Shown: positions 39,232 to 50,446 of the stretch, one piece after another
Position numbering within the stretch: the first letter of the stretch is position 1
Layout: each line of letters begins with the position of its first letter
NCBI RefSeq assembly: GCF_006345805.1
Contig: NC_043013.1
Span: forward strand, 35,402,001-35,466,000
From: Octopus sinensis
Taxonomy: Eukaryota
DNA: 64,000 bases
Reading direction: 5' to 3'
Notes under the pieces: model-generated
The model's input: the letters and a program-made list of their open reading frames with translations, nothing else
What the model was told of the DNA's origin: nothing
Database searches by the model: none
Made by a program: the position numbers and the translations under genes

Positions 39232-39949
39232 CATACATACATACATACATACATACATACATACATACATACTTACATACATACATACTTACCTACCTCC
39301 ATACATACATACATACAAACTCATACTCTCACTCACGCATTTAGATACATGCACAAACACACACTCACACGTTCACACACACACACACGTTCACACACAC
39401 ACACACACTGCACACATATACACATACACACAACACACATGTACCTTAGTTTGTTTCTTTCCCTATGGTCATTTTCTTTTTCATTCTTAAGAATATAAAT
39501 TTCACATTCTAAAGTTTCACGCTGTATTCAAATTTACATTGTTTGATGGTTATAATTACAGCTTTTTTTTTTTAATCCTACTTCCTTCCTCTGTTGGCCA
39601 ATTCCTTTATTTATCTTCCAAGGGAGAGAATACATCTTTCAGAATTCAAATTACTTTTTACACATTTTGTTCCAGATCGACATAAAATATCAGTAATGCG
39701 ATCCTTTCCTTATATGTTTCCTAAAGTAGACAGCTGAATTAGCAATAACATTTAGCCAATGTACATGGGAGCATTGATTTCTCTAACCCAGTATTTCTCA
39801 ACCTTTTTACCCTTGTTTAACCCTCAAAATCAATTACATGTCTGAAGGAACCCCAGCACAAAAAGATTATATAGCATATCTTTCTCATATTTTTTCATTG
39901 TAGTTCATGTGTTAAATATCATATGTGTGTGTGTCCATCTGTTCTAAGT

Positions 39950-40075
39950 GAATTAAATTCAATGTCTTTGTGCAGCTGAAGATTGCTCTACATTTTGAAT
40001 TGATGTAATGGTTGCATTGTTCAATTAAATGGAGTTGCATGAAATGATCGTACTGCATTACCTCTGGATATCCTT
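39950..40075 (+). mobile_element. HH-4 copy 2 (motif 39971-40057)
   Basis: tgcag CTGAAGA [long imperfect hairpin] GAAA TGATCG TA ctgca. Confidence 0.7.
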
Positions 40076-40171
40076 GTTGCTTATTTTGATTTTAACCTTA
40101 TTTTGAAATTGTATGCATAAAACCGTACTAAATTCTGGTACCTCAACTTAAGTACCATATTCATCTGAATC

Positions 40172-40209
<38 letters not shown>

Positions 40210-40212
<3 letters not shown>

Positions 40213-40395
40213 TCGAAACCTGAACAAAGAGAAAACACAACAATGCGAGGGCATGGAACAAGTATAGTGTTATTGGATGTTCAAGAAAATAAAGAAAGAA
40301 GAAGGATTTAATGTTTTGAGCAGAGCTCTTCATCAGAAACATAGAAAAAGGAAAGACGGAGAAAGAAAATCGCTGATACACACATGGTCACATAT
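40210..40395 (-). mobile_element. HH-2 copy 3 (motif 40306-40340)
   Basis: gttt CTGATGA A GAGC tct GCTC AAAA CATT aaat. Confidence 0.65.
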
Positions 40396-40868
40396 ATACA
40401 GGATGATGTCTATATTACAATAACCATAATATGTTGTGCATGTATAGTAATATTACGATCATGAAATTAGCATTAGCTTATCTCACTCTTTCTCACAGAA
40501 TCCCTAGGAACCTTTTGCAGAAGCTTAGGGTTCCAGGAAACCCAGTTGAGAAACGCTACTCTAACCCATATAAATTCTTCTCGCTAAACTTAAAGGTCTA
40601 GTTAATAGACCGGTAAATGTGTTGGAAATACTAATTAATCGGTTTAGTAATTATGGTTGAATGCAACCTGTATTGTTACTTTGCCAATACTTGGTAAATA
40701 AGGTATTTTGAAATGAAAGTTGAGCAAAAAACTAAAATGATTGACAAAACATTATTTAGGTTCTGTGCTGCTCCTTGGTTCCTTGACTAAGTGTCTTTTA
40801 CTACAACCCAAAATCAACCAAAGCCTTGTGAGTGGATGTAGTACAGATAAACTGAAAGAAGTCTATTA

Positions 40869-40898
<30 letters not shown>

Positions 40899-40899
<1 letters not shown>

Positions 40900-41640
40900 C
40901 ATCATCATCATCATCATCATCGTTTAACGTCCGATTTCCATGCTAGCATGGGTTGGACGGTTCAACTGGGGTCTGGGAAGCCAGAAGGCTGTGCCAGGCC
41001 CAGTCTGATCTGGCAGTGTTTCTACAGGTGGATGCCCTTCCTAATGCCAACCACTCCATGAGTGTAGTGGGTGTTTTTTACGTGCCACCGACACTGGTAT
41101 CACAGCTACAATTTCCATTGATGTTGATCGATTTTGATTTTGATTTTTGATTTTCACTTGCCTCAACAGATCTTCACAAGTAGGGTTTGTGTCACGAGAA
41201 GGAAAGGTATGCATAAGTGGGATGGCTACGACCCAAGTAGAGGCCACAGGTTATGGTCTCACTTGTCCTGCCGGGTCTTCCCACACACAGCATACTCCCA
41301 AAGGTCTCGGTCTCTGGTCATTTCCTCAGTGAGACCTAAAGTTCGAAGGTCGTGCTTCACCACCTTGTCCCAGATTTTCCTGGGTCTACCTCTTCCACAG
41401 ATTCCCTCAGTCGCTAGGGTGTGGCACTTTTTCACACAACTATCTACATCCATTCTCGCTACATGACCATACCAGCGCAAACGTCTCTCTTGCACACCAC
41501 AACTGATGCTTCTTAGGTCCAACTTTTCTCTCAAGGTACTTATACTCTGTCAAGTATGAACACTGACATTACACATCCATCGGAGCATAATAGCTTCATT
41601 TCTTGCGAGCTTACACATATCCTCAGCAGTTAAGTACAAA
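40899..41640 (-). mobile_element. RTE-type LINE 3' end: RT C-terminus, 3'UTR and (ATG)n tail
   Basis: ORF 41534-41259 LRSISCGVQERRLRWYGHVARM...GRGRPRKIWDKVVKHDL, continuous with a family-D sequence. Confidence 0.9.
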
Positions 41641-41659
41641 TAGTCATTTATATGCCGAT

Positions 41660-41823
41660 GATATGTAAAAAGCACCCATTACACTTTTGAAATGGTTGGC
41701 ATTAGGAAGGTGCATCCAGCTGAAGAAAGCTTGCCAAATCAGACTGGAACTTGGTGCAGTTCTCCAGCTTGCCTATTTCTGTCAAACCGTCTGACCAATG
41801 CCAGCATGGAAAGTAGACACCAA

Positions 41824-41859
<36 letters not shown>

Positions 41860-41860
41860 G
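41660..41860 (+). mobile_element. Family D: RTE 3'UTR remnant
   Basis: ggttggcattaggaaggtgcatccagctg ... (ATG)n. Confidence 0.75.
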
Positions 41861-42235
41861 TGGTTTCATCATTTCATCATTCAGTATTCACTTCTCTATA
41901 CTTGCAGGGTCAGATGTAATATATTAAGGCAGGTTTTTTTTGTTTTTTTAATTTTTTCACAGTCAGATGCTCTTGCTGTTACAAACCCTCATCTGTTTTT
42001 AAGCAAGGTAATATTTCCCCGTAGTCATGAGTTAATTGCCACGCAGTCTTCACCCAAAGGCAGTCCACTTCAGGTAAAAGTTAGAATGAGTATTATTTTT
42101 AGATTCTCTCTTTAACACCGCATTTAAGTAGTGGAAATAAAAACAGGCCACCAGAGCAGGGAAGATGCTATAAGACTATTAACAAGGAAGGAAACTGATA
42201 ATACTTTACTGATGAAGTTTAATGATAACAAGACT

Positions 42236-42473
42236 CTCACTTTACTCTTTTACTCATTTCAGTCATTTGACTTTGACCAAGCTGGAGCACCACCTTTTAG
42301 TCGAGCAAATCAACTCCAGGAGTTATTCTTTGGAAGCTTAGTACTTATTCTATTGGTCTCTTTTGCTGAACCGCTAAGTTACAAGGACGTAAACACACCA
42401 GCATTGGTTGTCAAGCGATGTTGGTGGGGAGACAAACACAGGCACACAAGCATATACACACACATACATATAT

Positions 42474-42517
<44 letters not shown>

Positions 42518-42675
42518 CAAGACGGGCTTCTTTCAGTTTCTGTCTACCAAATCCACTCACAAGGCTTTGGTCTGCCAAGGCTATAGCAGAAGACACTTGC
42601 CCAAGGTGCCATGCATTGGAATGAACCCGGGACCATGTGGTTGGTAAGCAAGCTACTTACCACACAGCCACTCCT
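42236..42675 (-). mobile_element. SINE family A, full length
   Basis: Family-A blocks in order. Confidence 0.9.
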
Positions 42676-42789
42676 ATTCACATAATAAATACTTTTAGAA
42701 CCACAAGCATAAAATAAGTACATCAAGATCCACAAACAGCAAATTTAGATCACCATCAGTAAAATCTAAAATAACTAGATACTACATTC

Positions 42790-43045
42790 ATCATCATCAT
42801 CATCATCGTTTAACGTCCTCTTTCAATGCTAGCATGGGTTGGACGATTTGACTTGAGGAATGGTGAACCAGATGACCGCATCAAGCTCCAATCTGATTTA
42901 GCAGAGTTTCTACAGCTGGATACCCTTCCTAATGCCAACCACTCCAAGAGTGTAGTGGGTGCTTTTATGTGCCACCAGCATGAGGGCCAGTCAGGTGGTA
43001 CTGGCAATGGCCACGCTCAAATGGTGTTTTTTATGTGCTCCACCT
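42790..43045 (-). mobile_element. Family D: RTE 3'UTR remnant
   Basis: (CAT)n cgtttaacgtcc ... Confidence 0.8.
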
Positions 43046-43289
43046 ACCATTACAGGGGAGGATCTTTGGGGATAGAGTCATCAAGTGCCTCCTCCATGGA
43101 GTCCTAACAGAAGCACTCATTATTATTACATTATGATATTTGCCTTTCAGCCTTTTGGGGTTGACGAATTAAGAACCAGTGAAAACTTGGGTCGATGTAA
43201 TCAACTAGTTCCTTCCCCATAATTTCAGGCCATAGTAGAAAGGATTATTAAATTTTCCAGCTGGATTCTTAAGTATGATAATATCCACT

Positions 43290-43625
43290 AGGATTATCAA
43301 GTGGATATTATCCAAACATCTCATTCTTGGTCTACCCCTAGGTCTCCTGTTGTTTGGCTCGATTTGAAGAATATATCTTGTAATTCTTTCCTGCAGCATT
43401 CTGACCCTGTGTCTATAGTACTGAAACTGTGATCTCTAAATGTGGTAAAGTAGCCTCTTGCCCTGGAGAGATCTTTTGATCTATGATTTACACACCCAGT
43501 TGAGTAGTAATGTTACTCCAGAGATCCTTTGGAGGAATTCCAATCCAGCCAATCGCATTTGAAATCATACTCTTTTGGTCATTACCCAACATTTATGACT
43601 ATAGGTGAGGACAGGTACAGAAACT
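43290..43625 (-). pseudogene. Decayed RTE-type RT C-terminal fragment
   Basis: VPVLTYSHKCWVMT...LEFLQRISGVT...RRPRGRPRMRCLDNI, with stops. Confidence 0.75.
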
Positions 43626-45554
43626 AAACTGAAGATTCTATGAGAATTGAATAATGAAATTGGTACATTATGGTGCCCAGCACCTGTAATTCTAGCATCC
43701 TGTTCAGCTTCCTGCTTTTTGTCTTATGCAAATATTGGTTTCAAATTTTGGCATATGACCCCAGAATTTTCAGGGTAGGGTATAAGTTGATTATATCAAC
43801 CCCATAGCTCATCTGGCAGTTCAAATTACAGGGAAGGGTGTAGGTTGATTATATCAACCCCATAGCTCAAATGGCACTCATTTTATCGATCCTGAAGGAT
43901 GAAAAGCTAAGTCACCTCAGTGGAACATATCTTGCGCATACTGAAAACTGAAAATTAAATCAGAAAAGGATTTGAAGTCAGTAGATGTTAATGATGATGA
44001 TGATGACTGACGATGACAATGATGATGATGACAATGGTAGAGGGTTTTGTCTTAGTGCCATTTTATATATCATTCAAATTTACAGACAATCTCCAAAAAC
44101 TAACTTGGTGTAATATGTTGAAAAGAGGGAGGCTAAAGAAATTCATAACATCTAAATGATGAAATGAAAGGTTAAATGTCATATACAACTGTTAACACAT
44201 TAAAATTACAACAAAGGAAAACAACAAAGCAAACACAACAAAGAAAGTCAAACGTACTGGAAGAAGATGACGTAGCAGAGATAGAATTTACTACCTTTAA
44301 GAGTCCTCATTTGGGTTGAAATAGTTAAATATATTTGCCTAGCTTAATCTTATTAATTCTACAATTATGGAAGTAATCATTAAGACTCAATAGAGGTGTT
44401 CTTCTCAATATTCGTTGAAGAGCATTAGTTTTCTTAGGAAGCCAATTTTCTAGATAAAATATAATTAACCTTTTAATTAAGGAACTTAATGTGCCATGAA
44501 ATAATAGCTGCAGGTGATGAAATGACATGAGAATTGTGGAACAACATTGCTGCAGGAACTAGAAATCCTAAATTGTAAATTATTATCCCCAGTACCATAG
44601 CAGTGCAATTTCTATCACATACCGAGATTCATAAATATTGAAAACAGACCAATCACTTCTCATAAGCATTACAACTAAATACAAGAGTTAGAACAAGCAG
44701 CATCTTCATAGAAGTGCATAGTTTACTTAAATTGTCAATTATAATGGCTACACAAGATAATTTTCCCAAACTGAAATGCATATAGTATATAATATAATGA
44801 TTTGAAAGATTATACCAAAATTATAAGGAACTCAAAATGTTCTGTCTGAGAGACAGAAAACTGTGCTGTAGTTAACATCTAATTATATGCAATGGTTACC
44901 ACAATTTAATGAGAAGAGAACTAGATGTTTGTGAATATATTCATACAAAATTACAATATGAAGTGTATAATAAAATATAATCATTAAAACAAAGCCCTGT
45001 CATATTCAGAAACCTAAAAGCAAACAGAAATACAGAATATACAGTCCAACAAAGGATGACAGTGACTTCGAAGTTACTGTCATATCTCTTCTTGTAATCT
45101 ACTAAAAAGTATTGAATAAGTCTTCAGTTTAATGTTAAATTGCTTTTGTATATTAACTTGATATCGAAACGAACATTAAGTGGTGAGAGGGATTTTGAAG
45201 TTTTGGCTTGCTAAGTCACTATTAGCACTATTAGTCTTCATCATCATCATCATCATCGTCGTCATCATCGTCGTAGCCATCATCGTTGTCGTCATCATCA
45301 TCATCGTTTAACATCCTCCTTTCATGCTGGCATGGGTTGGACATTTTGACAGGAGCTGGCCAGGCAGAAGCCTGCACCCTGCTTCTGTGTCTGTTTTGGC
45401 ATGGTTTTTGCAGTTGGATGCCCTTCCTAACATCAACCACTCCACAGTGTAGACTCAAGTTTTGTAAATGTATAATAAACATACCTCAAATGTACTGAGT
45501 AATCCTTCGGTTTAATGTCATCTATATTTAAGAGACGAGTAATTATGTACATTA

Positions 45555-45980
45555 TTTACAATGGACGGATATTTCTCCTCATCTTGTTTGTTGTTAACAC
45601 AACGTTTCAGCTGATGTACCCTCCAGCCTTCATCAGGTGTCTTGGGGAAATTTCAAACCTGGGTTCTCATTCCTAAGGTATTTTTCGATGTTATTATTAT
45701 TACGGCATATGGCATAGTGGTTAAGAGCGCGAGCTACTAACCCCAAGATTCCAAGTTCGATTCCAGGCAGTGACCTGAATAATAATAATAATGATAATAA
45801 TAATAATAATAATAACAATAATAATAATAATAATAATAACATCGAAAAATACCTTAGGAATGAGAACCCAGGTTCAAAATTTCCCCAAGACACCTAATGA
45901 AGGCTGGAGGGTATATCGGCTGAAATGTGGTGTTAACAACAAACAAGATGAGGGCAAATATCTGTCAAATGTAAATGTTA
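45555..45980. mobile_element. SINE family E: inverted tail copy (45555-45702, minus) fused to a full plus copy (45704-45980)
   Basis: Exact A box TGGCATAGTGG at 45710-45720, B box GTTCGATTCC at 45755-45764, (AAT)n, then tail. Confidence 0.85.
45596..45641 (-). ncRNA. Type I hammerhead ribozyme motif with intact core (family E)
   Basis: gacac CTGATGA A GGCTG gagggtacat CAGCT GAAA CGTT gtgtt. Stem I 5 bp, stem II 5 bp with one G-U pair, palindromic AACGTT. Confidence 0.7.
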
Positions 45981-45994
45981 ATTGTTTTTCTTTT

Positions 45995-46278
45995 ATCTTA
46001 GAAATGATGCACGACTTAATAAAATAGTTTTGGCATTTTGTAATGGTGTCTGAAACTTATATCAACAGGAAATTTCATTGGAAGGGTTTTAATTTAGATC
46101 ATATGCCCATGGGCTTATGTTGTAGTGGTTAAGAGTGCAGGCTACTAACCCCAAGATTCTGAGTTTGATTCTAGGCAGTAACCTGAATAATAATAATAAT
46201 AATAATAATAACAACAACAACAACAACAGCAACAACAGCAACACCAGCAGCAGCAGCAGCAGCAGCAGTAGCAGTAGC

Positions 46279-46324
<46 letters not shown>

Positions 46325-46452
46325 ATAAAAGATAGATTGGAATACAAAACTGCCTTCTGCAATTATGAGTAAGGAATGTTCATATAAGTTTCAGACACCA
46401 TTATAATAAAATGCCAAAGCTATTTTATTAAGTTGTGCACCATTTCTAAGAT
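45995..46452. mobile_element. Foldback/MITE-like element with about 75-bp inverted arms (45995-46067 and 46377-46452), containing a family-E head and microsatellites
   Basis: atcttagaaatgatgcacgacttaataaaatag...gtgtctgaaacttatat has its reverse complement at 46377-46452. Confidence 0.7.
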
Positions 46453-46524
46453 TAATTGAAATGGCAATGTATTTCGATAGAAATATGGTAGCATAAGTGT
46501 AAAATAAAAGAATATGTAGAATTA

Positions 46525-46797
46525 CGGGGTCTCACAGAGATAATGACAAATGACTGAGACCTTTAGCAATGTGCTGTGCTTGAGAAGAAGACCCATCAAG
46601 TGAAGTGAAATTGTAGTCAAGGCAGATACTGGTGTCATGCAACCGACACCCATGCTGGTGGCACGTAAAAGCACCCGTTACACTCTCGGAGAAGGTTGGC
46701 ATTAGAAAGGGCATCCAGTCACAGAAAAACCATGCCAAATCAGACTGGAATCTGGTGCGACCTCTCAGCTTACCACCCCTGGCCAAACCGTCTAACC
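46525..46797 (+). mobile_element. RTE LINE 3' fragment (ORF end plus family-D UTR)
   Basis: GLTEIMTND.DL..CAVLEK matches GLTEEMTRDRDLWEYAVCGK in the 41259-41534 ORF. Confidence 0.75.
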
Positions 46798-47050
46798 AAG
46801 AGGGACCTGCATGGGGTGGATGCAGATGTCTTTAAAGTAGGACTGGATCTCTTCCTGTCAGGTATCCCAGATGAACCAACTTCACGGCAGGAGGTGCAGA
46901 TGAGGGCAGCTGCATCGAACTCTCTCATACACCAAATGGCAGTTGCTAAAAAGCATTTGTGAAGTAAAAATCATGTAGCAACACCAAATGGCGGTGCCCC
47001 AGCATGGCCACAAGCTCGTGAGCTGAAACTAGATAAAATAAAATAAAAAA
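46798..47050 (+). mobile_element. CR1-type LINE extreme 3' end with short UTR and (TAAAA)n tail
   Basis: RDLHGVDADVFKVGLDLFLSGIPDEP...ASNSLIHQM resembles CR1 RT C-termini. UTR contains ggcggtgccccagcatggccaca. Confidence 0.7.
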
Positions 47051-47067
47051 TAATAAATACGCTAAAA

Positions 47068-47112
<45 letters not shown>

Positions 47113-48036
47113 GAAGAAGAATATAAACTCTGAGTACTACAGATTCCCAAAGGATATTAGAAAAAAAAAAAAGAGAGAGTGAAAGAAAGAGAAAAAAATG
47201 TTGCAGATCATTATAAGTATACAAAAACAAATACAAATCCATTTTGTATTTTGAAGATTTTGTTAATTTAAATAAATAACTAACAATCCAGTTATGAAGA
47301 TAATATAACTAGTAGATTATGAGATCAAGTGTATACTTTTAAAAGTAAGCCATTTCTTTTACGTGACAAGATTACTGTGTTGAAACAAACATACAATAAG
47401 AATAAACAGATCAACATTTTTGATTCATAAGTTTTGAGTTTCCTCTAAATAGCATTAAAATTGCCAACAATCTTAAGCCTAGATTCACACAAACACACGT
47501 ATACACAGACACATGCATGAACGCACCTGCACATGTATACACACAAGCAAAGAAGACATAATTTGTATACAAATTCATGTGTAGAAAATGACTGCATGAA
47601 ATATAGAGAATTAAACTTTCTGGATTAAGCCAGCAAAGCTGACTCAGTGGGAGTTATTCAAGCTGCTAGAAATAACAGCCAAATTCCCTTCAAAATATTC
47701 ATTAACAATTTATAAATGGCAGAATATTGTAGTTCTAAGATTCTATGACAAAGAAAGCTGGGATAGTTATGGCTTCAATGATTTTAACATCTGATCGCTC
47801 AAATCAAGGTTAACCTATATCAGAAAAGTAATATATTTCACATACATACATACATTCGAATATAAACATAAAACCACAAATATGAATATAAGAGGCTTCT
47901 TTCAATTTCTTTTTGCAAAGTCAACTGACATTGATCAGCACAATTCCTAATGCAAGACAACTGCTTGAGGAACTATGCCATGTGGTCTTAAAACATGTGG
48001 TTCTACAGCAAATTTCTTAACCACACTATCATGGCT

Positions 48037-48074
<38 letters not shown>

Positions 48075-48076
<2 letters not shown>

Positions 48077-48505
48077 AATTGAGATAGGGGTTGTAAATGC
48101 AACCCACCATGGGATACACCTTTATAAGTATATATGTAATCTAATTTGTAATCTCCGAAGAGGCCTTAGGATGTTTTTGTAAATGTCTCATTTATAACTA
48201 CATATTGACCTACCATAAATGGCTAATATGAGTTGAATGAGACATGCTTATCTACATGGCCGAAACAGCTGTAAGATATAGTCTATATTTATATTTATGT
48301 GTACTTATATTTATGTTCTATTATACATATTCTACTTATTGTATAACATTACTATTTTATGTACACTCCTTCGTGTACACTGCTTTACCCTGCATTATTA
48401 TGTTTAAGCTTATAGTTTCTTATGTAGTGGTTTAATAAAGTATGTGATTGAGTATTATCTGGTAATGGATATTTGATTTTGATGTATTTCTCCATTTTCT
48501 TATTT
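48075..48505 (+). mobile_element. Hammerhead-bearing element HH-5 between two (TA)n tracts
   Basis: Hammerhead motif at 48151-48277 and AATAAA at 48434-48439. Confidence 0.6.
48151..48277 (+). ncRNA. Type I hammerhead motif with long stem II and a U4C core variant
   Basis: atct CCGAAGA GGCC [atgtctcatt/aatgagacat 10 bp; catatt/aatatg] GGCC GAAA CAGCTG TA agat. Confidence 0.65.
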
Positions 48506-48539
48506 TGTATATATATATATATATATATATACAAATCTT

Positions 48540-48905
48540 CTACTGGATTTCTCAGTTTGTTTAAGAGCCTTTTAGATCTGATGTAGTGATTTTCTTTTGC
48601 TTTTTCTGATAAATTGATCTTTCCTCATAATATAAGACATATCTGATGTCTTCGTGGATAACATTTCTGACTGTTCCTTCTGACACATGGAGATCTTTTG
48701 CAACTGACTGCATGGACTTTCTGGGATAGTAATCAATGGTCTGTTGAACTTGCTGGATAAATTCAAGCGTTCTGATGATTTCAGAGCATTTAGAATACTT
48801 TTTATGCATTGATACTGGTGATACGTTTCAATTTTCAGTCTCTATCTCCTGACAAACTTTGTAGATGAAAGACCTGGTAACTTTTAAAAATAGAGATATT
48901 TCTAA
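48540..48905 (-). pseudogene. maT/DD37D-type transposase N-terminal (DNA-binding) fragment
   Basis: LEISLFLKVTRSFIYKV...RTLEFIQQVQQTID..PRKSMQSVAKDLHVSEGTVRNVIHEDIRY, with a stop and a frameshift. Confidence 0.75.
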
Positions 48906-49082
48906 ATTGCTATGCTCAGCCTTTATAACCACAATAACAGCATGCCTCTTTATTTCTTGAGTAAGCTGAGGGTCTACCATTATTATTTTCTGAGACAAAG
49001 ATTATACAGAGTTATTAAAAAGTGCAGCAATGACACAAAAACCGTATGTCCTCAAATATCTTATGCACCCTGTATGTGTATG

Positions 49083-49129
<47 letters not shown>

Positions 49130-49140
49130 TATATGTATGA

Positions 49141-49330
49141 CTAGGGTGTTAGAAATACCTACGTTGCTAGAAATAGGAGCTAAAATGCTCTAATGCTGTT
49201 GTCAGAGCACATGATTGTATGTATATACACTGACGGGGACGATAATCACCCAAAGACACAATGCATAGAATTATGTATTAGAGCATTTTAGCTCTTATTT
49301 CTAGCAATGTAAGTGTTTCTAACACCCTAG
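49141..49330. mobile_element. MITE with 54-bp TIRs (4 mismatches); solo arm also at about 8657-8710
   Basis: ctagggtgttagaaatacctacgttgctagaaataggagctaaaatgctctaat at 49141-49194 and its reverse complement at 49277-49330. Confidence 0.85.
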
Positions 49331-49384
49331 ACACACTTAGTTTTCCTTTCTGGTAAAACACTGCACCCTGATGCCCATCAAAAA

Positions 49385-49875
49385 CCCCAGGATTTATTCT
49401 TTATAAGCCTAGTACTTATCCTATTAGTCTCTTTTGCCGAACTGCTTAGTTACAGGAACATAAACACACCAGCATCGGGTGTCAAGTGATGACTAGGGGA
49501 CAAACACACACACATAAATATTTGCACATACATACATGGTGGCTGCCCCTCGTTATCGAGTATGGCCATTGCACGAAGCTTAATCAATGTTGTTATCGTG
49601 CAATGCCTGTGCAAGAAGATTTTTTTTTTAAGTGAGGAAAAGCTAAGAGTACTTCACTCCCAATGGTTTAATCACGCGATCAGGTATTTAGTCCAATTAT
49701 TTCTATGTCCCCGCACATGATACAGCCTTAAGACCATTGGATACAGCCATTGGATGGCCGTTGACTCTCAAGAGTTCCTTCGCTCTTTGATGGGTTTTGT
49801 TTTTCATCCTGCAGGGTGTCCAATAAACACCCACATACATAGATACATACATACATACAGACATACATACATACT

Positions 49876-49920
<45 letters not shown>

Positions 49921-50070
49921 CAGGCTTCTTTCAGTTTCTGTCCACCAAAGCTACTTACAAGTTTCTAGTTGGCCAAAAGCTGTAGGGGAAGACACCTGCC
50001 AAAGGTGCCACACAGTGGAACTGAACCAAGAACCATGTGGTTGGGGAGCAAGCTTCTTACCACACAGCCA
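49385..50070 (-). mobile_element. SINE family A interrupted by an unclassified insert (about 49535-49830)
   Basis: 3' half at 49385-49520 and 5' half at 49920-50070. Confidence 0.75.
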
Positions 50071-50228
50071 CATATATTCATATGTATATTTATATATGTG
50101 AGACAATGGTGTAGCATTGTTTATGTAAATAACATAGATTACGAAACAGCTGTCAACTAATGGAGTAAATATCAATTCGATCACTTCATTTTCCTCATCT
50201 TAACCAATCTGTGTTTTATGAGTGCGTA

Positions 50229-50249
<21 letters not shown>

Positions 50250-50269
<20 letters not shown>

Positions 50270-50396
50270 GTGTGTAAGAATAGATAGAGAGATAGACAGA
50301 TAGACAAAGAGATAGAGAGAGAGAGATAGACAGATAAAGATATATATATATATAGGTAGGTAGATAGATAGATAGATAGATAGATAGAGATAGAGT

Positions 50397-50446
<50 letters not shown>

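Larger units (their letters stand above)
39789..40558. mobile_element. hAT-type non-autonomous DNA transposon with 8-bp TSD
   Basis: TIRs cagtatttctcaac and gttgagaaacgcta. Identical ctctaacc at 39781-39788 and 40559-40566. Confidence 0.85.

Noticed and set aside
44325-44528. 67-aa ORF in AT-rich unique DNA
   Set aside because: No recognisable motif or splice context.
45704-45780. tRNA genes at the heads of families A, B, C, E and G
   Set aside because: They have A/B boxes but no complete cloverleaf or acceptor stem and are always attached to SINE bodies.
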